From: an uncultured delta proteobacterium | GTDB lineage: Bacteria; Desulfobacterota; RBG-13-43-22 | Length of the DNA: 64,000 bases | Direction of reading: 5' to 3' | NCBI GenBank assembly: GCA_963802945.1 | Contig: CAWDKY010000032.1 | Span: forward strand, 32,001-96,000 | Shown here: positions 10,713-20,242 of the stretch, piece by piece | Numbering within the stretch: position 1 is the first letter of the stretch | Layout of the letters: each line of letters starts with the position of its first letter | Program-made: the position numbers and the translations under genes | Notes under the pieces: model-generated | Told to the model about the DNA's origin: nothing | The model's input: only the letters and a program-made list of their open reading frames with translations | The model's database searches: none

Positions 10713-10898
10713 ATGGATGAAAAGTTACAGGAAAACCACTTCTGCTATAATATAAAGCTCCCGGATGCCCAATGTTATCGATGTATCTGGCTGGAATGGA
10801 ATGAAAACGCCTCAAACTGCCTTAATAGGAAAAGAATGATCTGTAGCCTTTATATTGAAGAAGTCTTTGGAGACTTTATCACCAAAACAGTCAATTGA
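10713..10898 (+). CDS. Small Cys-rich hypothetical protein (61 aa)
   Basis: Strong RBS AAGGAGG before ATG; five Cys including CxxC. Confidence 0.55.
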   Translation: MDEKLQENHFCYNIKLPDAQCYRCIWLEWNENASNCLNRKRMICSLYIEEVFGDFITKTVN

Positions 10899-11033
10899 AT
10901 ATAAAGGATTCAAGAGGTCCAGGGGGTAAGAATTTAACTGAATGGCATGGAAGTTAAAATCCTTGAACGTCTCGGCTGAGCTCGTCGCAGGCCCTTGAAT
11001 CTTCATCATCCTCGCACCCTATTTTTTACATTG

Positions 11034-11173
11034 AGAGCTTTGAAAAAGGTTCAATTTTGTTCAAGGTCAAGGAAGACGAAAATTTTTGCCACAGGAATAC
11101 ATTTAGTATTTTGAGAATTAAAATTTGAGTCTGAGACAGAGATTGGGCAAAAGGGGACATCTTTCAAAGCTCT
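11034..11173. mobile_element. MITE-like palindromic element, family B
   Basis: Perfect 12-bp terminal inverted repeat AGAGCTTTGAAA / TTTCAAAGCTCT; 140 bp; non-coding. Confidence 0.65.
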
Positions 11174-11193
11174 TGAAGATTCCAAAGTCTAAA

Positions 11194-11517
11194 CTAATGT
11201 TGTAAGAAGTTAAATGGTAAAGGGGGCAGGTCTCCGTTTGGCCTATGATCAAAGTTATCCTTGTGGACAAAGAATAACAGGCAACTATTTTGGTCTTCAA
11301 AATTTCGAGTCGATAGTTGACCACGATTATGCGGCGCCTTAAAATAGTCGCCGATGACCAAAAAGCCGGTGATATTTTTATCAAACTTTAGGTAAAAAAG
11401 AAAAAGGACTGACAAGAATGTGGCCAAGATTAAGAAAAGGGCCATAAACTCCTTTTGCCTAAGGCTTCTTTCTGTGACACTTCTAAAAAATTTTAATAAT
11501 GGCTTAATGCGCTTCAA
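11194..11517 (-). pseudogene. Probable N-terminal remnant of a membrane protein
   Basis: One TM helix followed by KFDKNITGF, then the sequence degenerates; ends about 20 bp from the MITE. Confidence 0.3.
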
Positions 11518-11761
11518 TGTCCTGACTTTCTTTTAAGCTTAAAACCCGATTCCCCTCCCATTTAATCTCTTTAACCCCCTTCATTAAGTTGCACCAAATT
11601 AATGGATGGGTTAGAGACTCAAACTTGATTTCTTTCTCTTTGAAATTTTCCCCACATCAAGAAGATCAAATACGGCAAGGATAAAACGACGAGGGAAATG
11701 ATTCATTTAAAAAAGAAGTCAGCGTCGGTTAATAATCATTCTTCAATCGTTCCTGGTTATT

Positions 11762-12754
11762 TTAAATCATCCACTCCCTGAATACCTCTTTAGACAACTT
11801 AGCAACCTTGATCTGCCACCTTCGATCCCCTTGTCCCAATTGGACCGGAACAACCTGGTCTCCCGGTGCATCACTATAGGTCAGGCAGAGGTGGGCAAAC
11901 CTTTCCCAGTCTTCCGGCTTATTCGGGCGGCCCAGGGCAAGGGCCATTGGGCCCGGGTGCCCGATCACCCGGGCCCAGACGTCTTCCGGATCAGCCCATT
12001 TTTCAATAAATTCGTTTTCTTTTTTGTTTCTGCCGACAACAGCTTTGAACTCCGGGCTTAAACGAAAATGACGACCGGCTTTCAGCAACTCCACTTCTCT
12101 TAAGGGAGGGTCCGGGGAGTGGGAAAATAGTTCTTTTAATCGCCCGGAAAAAATGGGATCGGTTAGCAGACATCCTCCAGCCGGAGCAGGATATGTGAGT
12201 CCATAGCCTTCGGCCATAGCCATCTGCCGTTTTCGAGACCGGCCTTGGATATCCAAAAGCCGAAAGCGGTCCACCAGACCTTCCTGTTCAGGTCTTGTTT
12301 CCGATAGCAGGAGGGCACTCAAGGGTCGAAGGATACGGTTAAGATGGCCGGAGGCCTTTTCAACGGCCCGCAGCGACGTTTTGGTTTGAGAAAACGGCCT
12401 TTGCCCCAGGACCTCTCCAGTAAAAAGAAAATCGGCTCGGACCTTTTCCATCCACTCCCCGGCCTTACGAATCATAAGGGCGTGACAATCAATACAGGGA
12501 TTCATCCCTTTGCCGTAACCGTATCTGGGAGACTTCAGCATCACCCAATGGTCCTGGGTGATATCCAGGACCGTTAAGGGGATATTCAATTGCTCCGCAG
12601 CCCGCCGGGCCTTTTCTTCCCCGAAAAAAGGAGTGACCAAGGCGACCCCCAAAACCTGAATCCCCTGGTCGGATAGAATTCGGGCGGCCAGCATACTGTC
12701 CAGGCCGCCTGAGAGCAAGCCGACTGCCTTAATAGGATGTTTCATGAATTCCAA
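11762..12754 (-). CDS. tRNA thiolation PP-loop ATPase (ThiI/MnmA-like, DUF814-type C-terminus)
   Basis: SGGLDS PP-loop, NPCIDCH, GEVLGQRP, PAGGCLLT, VVGRN motifs. Confidence 0.85.
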   Translation of the reverse strand: MEFMKHPIKAVGLLSGGLDSMLAARILSDQGIQVLGVALVTPFFGEEKARRAAEQLNIPLTVLDITQDHWVMLKSPRYGYGKGMNPCIDCHALMIRKAGEWMEKVRADFLFTGEVLGQRPFSQTKTSLRAVEKASGHLNRILRPLSALLLSETRPEQEGLVDRFRLLDIQGRSRKRQMAMAEGYGLTYPAPAGGCLLTDPIFSGRLKELFSHSPDPPLREVELLKAGRHFRLSPEFKAVVGRNKKENEFIEKWADPEDVWARVIGHPGPMALALGRPNKPEDWERFAHLCLTYSDAPGDQVVPVQLGQGDRRWQIKVAKLSKEVFREWMI

Positions 12755-12834
12755 AAGCTTTTATTAGAATGAATCGACTTTGAGCGTTCGTCGTTCAGCC
12801 TATTTTTAGAAAAATCGTCTTAGAGCTGTTTAAA

Positions 12835-12863
12835 AGTATAGCCGAGGCAGAAGGTTAGGTCAA
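12835..12863 (-). promoter_or_regulatory. sigma70 promoter for tRNA thiolase-like gene
   Basis: TTGACC-17bp-TATACT on the minus strand. Confidence 0.65.
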
Positions 12864-12905
12864 GAACTCCCTGGGGCTTTTCATTAAATGGTTCAGAATA
12901 AAACC

Positions 12906-12934
12906 TTGACATGCACAGATTTTTATATTATAAT
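12906..12934 (+). promoter_or_regulatory. Consensus sigma70 promoter for vapBC
   Basis: Perfect TTGACA-17bp-TATAAT. Confidence 0.8.
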
Positions 12935-12967
12935 TGTTCACAAACAATACACAACCAGGAGGAAGAA

Positions 12968-13165
12968 ATGCGTTCAACGGTAACCTTGGATAAAGCCAGA
13001 CTGGATAGGCTTCTGGAAGAAACCCATTGCCGGAGCAAGGCCTCGGCGGTTTCCCTGGCCATCGACTCGTATCTTAAGCAGAAAAAAATTGAAAAGATAA
13101 AATCCATGAAAGGTAAATTAGAATTCGCCCTGAGGGCCGAGGAGATCAGACATCGTGAAAGATAA
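12968..13165 (+). CDS. vapB: Type II antitoxin, VapB-like
   Basis: Short protein MRSTVTLD..SKASAV; RBS GGAGG; overlaps the PIN toxin gene. Confidence 0.8.
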   Translation: MRSTVTLDKARLDRLLEETHCRSKASAVSLAIDSYLKQKKIEKIKSMKGKLEFALRAEEIRHRER

Positions 13166-13559
13166 AAGGGTCATCATTGATACTTCGGTTTGGATTGCCT
13201 ATTTTAAAGAAAACAACCGGCTGCTGGCCGAAAAGGTGGACCGGGTTTTGAGGGATTGGGAGGTCTTGGTCCCCAGAGTCGTCATGGCCGAATTAATACA
13301 AGGCGCCAAATCAGAAAAGGAAACCTCGGTCATTGCCGAGTTTATTGATGCCTTTAAGATTATCGAGCAGACTAAAGATACCTGGCTGGAGGCCGGTCGA
13401 CTTTCCTATGCCCTGAGAAAGAAAGGGATAATCATCCATCTCCTGGATTGTTATATCACTATCCTGGCTATGGAAAACCAGTGCCGGATTTTCAGCCTGG
13501 ATGAACATTTTATTCTTATTAACAAGCTTAACAAACTCAAACTGATTGCCCAAATTTAA
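13155..13559 (+). CDS. vapC: PIN-domain toxin VapC
   Basis: IIDTSVWI, AELIQG, DCYI, SLDEHF acidic PIN residues. Confidence 0.9.
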   Translation: MKDKRVIIDTSVWIAYFKENNRLLAEKVDRVLRDWEVLVPRVVMAELIQGAKSEKETSVIAEFIDAFKIIEQTKDTWLEAGRLSYALRKKGIIIHLLDCYITILAMENQCRIFSLDEHFILINKLNKLKLIAQI

Positions 13560-13596
13560 TTCGACTGAAGGAAAAAAGCCCACAGGATGGCAAACG

Positions 13597-16500
13597 ATGA
13601 ATAAAAAAGCCAAAACCAAGAAGGAACCCCTGGATGAAATGACTGTCCTGCAGCAGGAGTTGGCAAAATTTAAATCCGCAAATGTCGCCCTTAAGAAAGG
13701 CAGGAAGACCCTGGAAAAAAGGGAGAAGTTCACATCCGGTATTTTTTCCAGCATCCTGGAAGGGATCAGTGTCACAGATAAAGAGATGAACATCCTTTTT
13801 GTCAACCCCACCATGGAACGATGGTTTCCTGATGTCCGGCCCCTGATCGGCAAAAAATGTTATCAGGCTTATCATGGAAGGGATCAGGTCTGTGAGGATT
13901 GTCCCTGTCGTCAAACTCTTCAGACCGGCCAGGACGCTAATGCGGTCATTCCCCGTCTGGATGCCAAGGGAGATATCTTCGGATGGTACCATCACTTCAG
14001 TTTCCCCATGCTGGATCCGAAGACAGGACGGGTTATCGGCGTTATCGAGTACATCCGTAACGTGACCAGACGGAAACAGGCCGAGGACACCCTAAAGGCC
14101 TCGGAAGAGAAGTATCACTCCATTCTTGAAAATCTTGCCGACGGGTATTATGAAGTCGATTTGGCCGGCAACCTCACCTTTTTCAACAATGAATTGGTTA
14201 AGATCTATGGTTATCCCAGAGAATCCATGCTGGGGATAAACAATCGCGTCTATACCGATGAAGAGAATGCCAAAAAGATGTATCAGGCCTTTAATCGGGT
14301 GTATCGCACCGGAGAATTGGCTAGAGGCGTCCAGATTGAAATTATTACCGCAAAAAAGATCAGGAAAAATATGGAGTTTTCCATAGCTTTGATCAGGGAT
14401 CCTCTTGGAAATCTGGTTGGCTTCCAGGGCATTGCCAGGGACATTACCGACCTTATGCAGACCCAGAAAGAGTTAAAGGAGAGCGAGGAGCGATACCGGA
14501 CCATTATTGAAACCATTGAAGACGGATATTATGAGGTGGACCTGAACGGCCATCTGACCTTTTTTAACGATGCCATGACGCGGATCAACGGCTATTCCAG
14601 GGAAGAAATGATGGGGATGCACGCCCGTGATTATACCGACGCCGAAAATAACAAGCTGTTGGATCGTGAATTTAGACAGGTTTATCGTACCCGAACACCT
14701 TCCAAGGGTATCCATTACGAAGTAATCACCAAAAACGGTGAAAAGAAAAACGTAGAGACTTCCATATCCTTGATCAGGGATCCTTCAGATAAACCCATTG
14801 GCTTCCGGGGCATTGCTCGAGACGTTTCCGAATTTACTAAAATCCAGCAAGCGTTAAAGGAGAGCGAGGAGCGATACCGGACTATTATTGAAACCATTGA
14901 AGACGCTTTTTATGAAGTGGATCTGTCCGGAAACTTCACCTATTACAACGATGCTATGATCCGAATGTTAGAATATCCTAAGGATGAACTGTTGGGGATG
15001 AATTACCGGCAATATGCCAATACCGAAAACGCCAAAATATTATTTCAGGCCTTTAATCAGGTGTATCGCACTGGAGAACCTGCCAATGGGGTCATTTACG
15101 ATGCGGTTACCAAGAATGGCAAAGGGAAAACCATTTCGACTTCCGTATCGCTGATCAGGAATCCATTAGGCAACCCGGTCGGGTTTCGGGGCATCTCCAA
15201 GGATATCACCGATCTCATACAGATCCAGACCGCTTTAAAGGAGAGCGAAGAAAGATACCGGACCATTATTGAAACCATTGAAGACGGCTATTATGAGACG
15301 GACCTGGCCGGCAACCTGACCTATTTCAATGACAGCATGTTTCGGATACATGAATATTCAAGAGAAGAACTAATGGGTATGAATAATCGGCAATATACCG
15401 ATGCCGAAAATGCCAAAATTCTGTTTAAAGCCTTTAACCGGGTCTATCGAACCGGGGAACCTTCCACGGGCACCTATTATGATATTATGACCAAAGATGG
15501 TAAAAAGAAAAATTTGGAGGCCTCGGTATCGTTGATCAAAGACCCTTCAGGTAAACCTATCGGTTTCCGGGGCATCGCCCGGGATGTAAGCGAACTTAGA
15601 AAGACAGAGAAGGCCCTACAAACCAGCGAAGAGCGTTTTCGTATGGCCGCTGAAAGTTCCAATGATTTTATTTATGAATGGGATCTCCAATCAGGTCGAA
15701 TTGATTGGTCCGGCACTGCCGGTATGAAACTTGGACATGTTTTAGGTGAACTTCCAGTCACCGCTGTTGACTTTGATAGACTGATTCATCCAGAGGACCA
15801 TGAACGTTTCTCAGAAGCCGTTATAAACCATTTGAGGCACGGGAAGCCTTACATGGAAGAATACCGGATGATCAGGAAAGACGGGAATATCATCCACATG
15901 AGCGCTGCCGGAATGTGTCTGCGGAATGAAGCCGGAAGGGCTTACAAATGGATCGGGGCCTTAAGCGACATTACCGAACGTAAAAGAGCCGAAGAAGAAC
16001 TCAAAGATAGTTTAGACAAGCTGCACAAGGCCATGGGGGGGATCATCCAGGCCATGGCCTTAACGGTAGAAAGCAAGGACCCTTACACCGCCGGGCATCA
16101 ACAACGGGTCTCCAAACTGGCGCGGACTATCGCCCAGGAAATGGGCCTGTCTAAGGACCAGATTGAGGCTATCCGTATGGCCGGCGTAGTCCATGATCTG
16201 GGCAAGATATCAGTGCCGGCCGAAATCTTAAGTAAGCCGACCAAACTTTCTGATATCGAATTCAGCCTGATCAAAGGTCACTCGCAAACGAGTTATGATA
16301 TCCTGAAGGATATAGAGTTCCCCTGGCCTATTGCCGAGATCACCCTCCAGCACCACGAACGGCTGGATGGTTCCGGGTATCCTTCGGGTCTCAAAGGGGA
16401 TCAAATTATGCTCGAGGCCCAAGTCCTGATGGTGGCTGATGTGGTCGAGGCCATTGCCTCCCATCGGCCTTACCGGCCGGCCCTGGGGGTTGAGGTAGCC

Positions 16501-16599
16501 CTGGATGAGATTTCAAAAAACAAAGGGAAATTATACAACCCGGCTGCGGTTGAAGCCTGTGTAAGGATTTTCAAGGAAAAGGGATACTCTTTCAATTAA
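13597..16599 (+). CDS. Multi-PAS sensor HD-GYP cyclic-dinucleotide phosphodiesterase
   Basis: About six PAS/PAC units; KDPYTAGH, HDLGK, HHERLDGSGYP, RPYR; start taken as ATG at 13597. Confidence 0.92.
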   Translation: MNKKAKTKKEPLDEMTVLQQELAKFKSANVALKKGRKTLEKREKFTSGIFSSILEGISVTDKEMNILFVNPTMERWFPDVRPLIGKKCYQAYHGRDQVCEDCPCRQTLQTGQDANAVIPRLDAKGDIFGWYHHFSFPMLDPKTGRVIGVIEYIRNVTRRKQAEDTLKASEEKYHSILENLADGYYEVDLAGNLTFFNNELVKIYGYPRESMLGINNRVYTDEENAKKMYQAFNRVYRTGELARGVQIEIITAKKIRKNMEFSIALIRDPLGNLVGFQGIARDITDLMQTQKELKESEERYRTIIETIEDGYYEVDLNGHLTFFNDAMTRINGYSREEMMGMHARDYTDAENNKLLDREFRQVYRTRTPSKGIHYEVITKNGEKKNVETSISLIRDPSDKPIGFRGIARDVSEFTKIQQALKESEERYRTIIETIEDAFYEVDLSGNFTYYNDAMIRMLEYPKDELLGMNYRQYANTENAKILFQAFNQVYRTGEPANGVIYDAVTKNGKGKTISTSVSLIRNPLGNPVGFRGISKDITDLIQIQTALKESEERYRTIIETIEDGYYETDLAGNLTYFNDSMFRIHEYSREELMGMNNRQYTDAENAKILFKAFNRVYRTGEPSTGTYYDIMTKDGKKKNLEASVSLIKDPSGKPIGFRGIARDVSELRKTEKALQTSEERFRMAAESSNDFIYEWDLQSGRIDWSGTAGMKLGHVLGELPVTAVDFDRLIHPEDHERFSEAVINHLRHGKPYMEEYRMIRKDGNIIHMSAAGMCLRNEAGRAYKWIGALSDITERKRAEEELKDSLDKLHKAMGGIIQAMALTVESKDPYTAGHQQRVSKLARTIAQEMGLSKDQIEAIRMAGVVHDLGKISVPAEILSKPTKLSDIEFSLIKGHSQTSYDILKDIEFPWPIAEITLQHHERLDGSGYPSGLKGDQIMLEAQVLMVADVVEAIASHRPYRPALGVEVALDEISKNKGKLYNPAAVEACVRIFKEKGYSFN
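14092..15620 (+). repeat. Intragenic 381-bp tandem repeat (4 PAS units)
   Basis: ttaaaggagagcga.ga..gataccggac.attattgaaaccattgaagacg at 14473, 14854 and 15235 (period 381); a more diverged unit near 14092. Confidence 0.85.
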
Positions 16600-16636
16600 T
16601 TCCTTTTTACGGCCACAGACCCAAGCCCCTTTCTAT

Positions 16637-17494
16637 CTATCTGGGAACCAATCGGATCTCGAACACTTTCGGCCAATATTTTCCGGTTACAAAAATCCGG
16701 TTTTCCTGGGCATCATAGGCGATGCCGTTTAAAACATCCACGCCTTGAGCACGATCTGTTGCGGGCAATAACCCTTGCAGATCGATCCAGCCGGTTACCC
16801 GGCCGGTCTTGGGTGAAATCCTGACGATCCGATCGGTCAGATAAACATTGGCGTAAATTTTCCCTTGGATATATTCCAGCTCATTGAGCAGGGTTACGGG
16901 AAGGCCCCGGTCGTGGACTTGAATCCGTTTGACTTCCTTGAAGTTGTCAGGGTCCAGAAAATGCAAGAACGACGTACCGTCGCTCATGATCAAATATTTT
17001 CCGTCTTGGGTGATCCCCCAGCCTTCCGTGGGGTAGGTAAATTTCCTAAGCAATTGAAACGTCCCCCGGTCATAAACAAAACCCGTTCTCGTTTTCCAGG
17101 TCAGTTGAATAATTTTGTTTTGCCATAAGGTTATCCCTTCACCGAAAAATTGATAGGGTAATTGGTAAAGTTTTACTGTTTGTCCGGTCTCCAGCTTGAC
17201 TTTCCGCAAAGACGATTTCCCCAAAAGGCCCGTTCCTTCATAAAGAAATCCTTGGTGAAATACCAGCCCCTGGGTAAAGGCTTTGGGGTCGTGCGGAAAG
17301 ACACGGACAACCTTGAAACCGAAAACCGGCGTGGGTGATCCTGAACCTTCGGCCTTTTGTTGAAGAGAAAAGAGGGAACCTATCAGAATAAAAAAAAGTA
17401 TTAATCCAAAAACAAAAACTCTCAGCCTTAAGCTTTGAGCTTTTAGCCTCCGGCTTTTAGCTTTAAAACTTTCGCCTCGTCCCTTAGGTCTCAT
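16637..17494 (-). CDS. Glutaminyl-peptide cyclotransferase
   Basis: PHDPKAFTQGL, FFGEG, EGWG, LNELE, VLNGIAYD, TGKYW motifs. Confidence 0.93.
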   Translation of the reverse strand: MRPKGRGESFKAKSRRLKAQSLRLRVFVFGLILFFILIGSLFSLQQKAEGSGSPTPVFGFKVVRVFPHDPKAFTQGLVFHQGFLYEGTGLLGKSSLRKVKLETGQTVKLYQLPYQFFGEGITLWQNKIIQLTWKTRTGFVYDRGTFQLLRKFTYPTEGWGITQDGKYLIMSDGTSFLHFLDPDNFKEVKRIQVHDRGLPVTLLNELEYIQGKIYANVYLTDRIVRISPKTGRVTGWIDLQGLLPATDRAQGVDVLNGIAYDAQENRIFVTGKYWPKVFEIRLVPR

Positions 17495-17674
17495 GCCTCG
17501 TTCCTCTTATGAGTTTTCCAAACCACTACCTTTTAACTTATCAAAAATTTAACTAAATGTCATTCCTTAGATGTTTGGTTAAAAAAAGCGAGCAATTATA
17601 AAAGAAATGGTATAAACATATTGACAAGGAGAAATTAATGGTAATTATTATTAAAATCAAGATAAGGAGGGCCT

Positions 17675-18169
17675 ATGACTAAAACCGAACAAAATTTACA
17701 AGAAGCCTTTGCCGGCGAATCCCAGGCCAACCGTAAATATCTGGCCTTTGCCAAACAGGCCGATCAGGAGGGTTACCCCCAGGCGGCCGAACTGTTCCGG
17801 GCTGCGGCCGAAGCAGAAACGGTTCATGCCCATGCCCATTTGCGCGCCTTGGGAGGGATCAGGAAGACAGCGGAAAACTTGAAGGAGGCCATCTCGGGGG
17901 AGACCCATGAATTTAAAAAGATGTACCCGGGTATGATTGAGACCGCCAAGCAAGAAGGCCATAAAGCGGCTGAAAGAAGTTTTTCCTATGCCAATGCCGT
18001 TGAAGAAGTCCATGCCAATCTCTACCAAAAGGTCCTTGACAACCTGGAAAACAAGAAACCGGTCGATTATTATGTCTGTTCGGTGTGCGGGTATACTTGT
18101 GAAAATGGACCTCCGGAAACCTGCCCGGTTTGCGGCTCCAAGGCCAAGGCCTTTTCTAAAGTTGATTAA
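17675..18169 (+). CDS. rbr: Rubrerythrin
   Basis: FAGESQA; ExxH motifs; C-terminal CSVC..CPVC; AAGGAGG RBS. Confidence 0.93.
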   Translation: MTKTEQNLQEAFAGESQANRKYLAFAKQADQEGYPQAAELFRAAAEAETVHAHAHLRALGGIRKTAENLKEAISGETHEFKKMYPGMIETAKQEGHKAAERSFSYANAVEEVHANLYQKVLDNLENKKPVDYYVCSVCGYTCENGPPETCPVCGSKAKAFSKVD

Positions 18170-18210
18170 ATTTATTCATTGAAGCAGGGCAAAGGAATCC
18201 TTTCGAATTT

Positions 18211-19305
18211 ATGCGACAACAACTGATCATCTTCCTTTCCATTGCCCTGCTGATTTATTTTGGGCTCCATAGCCTCCTTTTTTCTCTCTTCATAAAATTT
18301 TTCAATCCCAGGAGGGCTACTCAATTTGAATTGGCCTTCCTTCTCTTGTTTCTGGCTTTATGTTTCATTACGGCCTTTATCTGGGCCCAATTCAGCAGTC
18401 ATAGCTTTATCCGGTGGTTCTATTATTTTTCGGCCATCTGGTTTGGTGTTCTGATTAATCTATTGCTCATTTTCGCTGCCGGACTTTTGGTGATGACTAT
18501 CCTTCAATGGCTTTCCTTGAGTATAAACCAACGAGCCTTCGGCGTCTTTCTGTTGGTTCTAACGGCTCTATATACCTCCTATGGTCTTTATCACGCCACT
18601 CAGTTAAAAACAAAACTCCTATCCATCCCCATTAAAAATTGCCCCAGGGAATGGCGAGGCAAAAAAATCGCCCAGCTATCGGACCTCCATCTGGGCATTA
18701 TAAACGGAGAAGGATTAACTCGAAAAATCCTTTCAAAAATAATTGAACAGAAGGCTGACTTCGTTTTTATTACCGGTGATCTTTTCGACGGCACAGGAGA
18801 CGATCTCTATCAGTCCATTGAACCTTTAACTCAATTAAAAGTTCCGATTTATTATATCACCGGCAATCATGAAACCTACTTGGGTATCGATAAGGCCGTA
18901 TCGGCTATTGGAAAAACAAAAATTAAATTATTGCGCGACGAGATCGTTGACCTTGGCGGGATTCAGTTGATCGGTATCGATTACCCCCCGAGAGGATGGA
19001 GAAAAGATATTACACCCATTTTGGAGAAAATCGACCAAACTAAACCCAGCATCCTCCTCTATCATGAGCCTGCCCAGGTTGAAACGGCCCAACGATTCAA
19101 TGTCTCTTTGCAGCTTTCAGGTCATACCCATAACGGACAGATGTGGCCCATGAAAATCTTCACACATTTCATCTATAAGGGATTGGATTACGGGTTTCAT
19201 CAAACAGGAGATTATTGCCTTTACACCAGCAGCGGGGCCGGCACCTGGGGTCCGCCCATGCGCATAGGCAGCACCCCGGAAATCGTCATCATAACCGTTA
19301 AATAG
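18211..19305 (+). CDS. Membrane-anchored metallophosphoesterase
   Basis: Four TM helices; SDLH, GD, GNHE and SGHTH motifs. Confidence 0.9.
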   Translation: MRQQLIIFLSIALLIYFGLHSLLFSLFIKFFNPRRATQFELAFLLLFLALCFITAFIWAQFSSHSFIRWFYYFSAIWFGVLINLLLIFAAGLLVMTILQWLSLSINQRAFGVFLLVLTALYTSYGLYHATQLKTKLLSIPIKNCPREWRGKKIAQLSDLHLGIINGEGLTRKILSKIIEQKADFVFITGDLFDGTGDDLYQSIEPLTQLKVPIYYITGNHETYLGIDKAVSAIGKTKIKLLRDEIVDLGGIQLIGIDYPPRGWRKDITPILEKIDQTKPSILLYHEPAQVETAQRFNVSLQLSGHTHNGQMWPMKIFTHFIYKGLDYGFHQTGDYCLYTSSGAGTWGPPMRIGSTPEIVIITVK

Positions 19306-19361
19306 GGGACTGTTTTCGTTGAAACCGGAGTCGGAAAAAGTTCGTCCTTGGAACAAAGACC

Positions 19362-19805
19362 TCACGAATCCCAGAGGATCTTCGGGGAGCGACTCGCCTT
19401 CACCCGGCTTCGTCTCTTTTTTTCAGCAATCCTTTCCTCCTGGACTCTGCGGGAAAGCCGGGTCTTTTTTCTGAACCGGGGTTTGGTTAAGGCCTGCTCT
19501 ATCAGTTCAACAAAACGCTGTAAGGCCAGTTCCCGATTGCCGACCTGACTGCGGGTTTGTTGGGCGTTGACCCAAAGGATCCCCGCTTTATTAATACGGG
19601 TGGGGAGCTTTTTAAGGAGCTGCTGTTTTTCTTCTGCTGAAAGGGAAGGCGACTTGAGGACATCGAACCAGAGGGTGATGCGGGTACTGACCTTGTTGAC
19701 GTTCTGTCCCCCGGCTCCACTGCTTCGGGAGGCGGTAAAATAAAGTTCCCCTTCGAGAATAAAAAGCCGGTCGGTAATTTTAATGCCCCGTTGTTCTGAT
19801 CCCAT
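19362..19805 (-). CDS. arfB: Alternative ribosome rescue peptidyl-tRNA hydrolase ArfB
   Basis: SGAGGQNVNK (GGQ), RSQ..NR, basic C-terminal tail. Confidence 0.93.
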   Translation of the reverse strand: MGSEQRGIKITDRLFILEGELYFTASRSSGAGGQNVNKVSTRITLWFDVLKSPSLSAEEKQQLLKKLPTRINKAGILWVNAQQTRSQVGNRELALQRFVELIEQALTKPRFRKKTRLSRRVQEERIAEKKRRSRVKASRSPKILWDS

Positions 19806-20083
19806 CCTATTTTCTTATCCTTACGTCCGAAACGGCTCGGATTATCCTTAAAGCCGTTGGAACTTTTTGGTTTTTGGGCGCTTGTTACAGGATAGAGCGA
19901 TTTTCCTGAAAAGCCAATATATCACTGCATCTTATCCGCTTCAACTATATAAAAAGCCAATATATTGAAAATATTTTTTGACAAAACTCTTCATAATTGA
20001 TTAAAAATATAAAATAAATTTAACAGGGCCATAGGGTTTGGGGATTTCAGGAAGTTTTTGGTTTCAGGAAGGCGCCATTCGAA

Positions 20084-20242
20084 TTCGGGGCCGGGGCCGA
20101 ATCCCGCTGCGGTCTCTTGGTCTGGCCATGGTCGGGGGGGCTGGTGTTTTCCCAGCTTTTGACCCTCTATATCACACCGGTCTTTTTTGTCTACATGGAG
20201 TCCTTTCATAAAAAATTAAGACAGTGGAGAGAAAAAAAGTGA
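20084..20242 (+). pseudogene. 3' remnant of an RND (AcrB/MdtC-like) efflux permease
   Basis: With two frame slips it reads FGAGAESR/RSLGLAMVGG/LVFSQLLTLYITPVFFVYME..stop; TGA overlaps the budA GTG. Confidence 0.75.
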
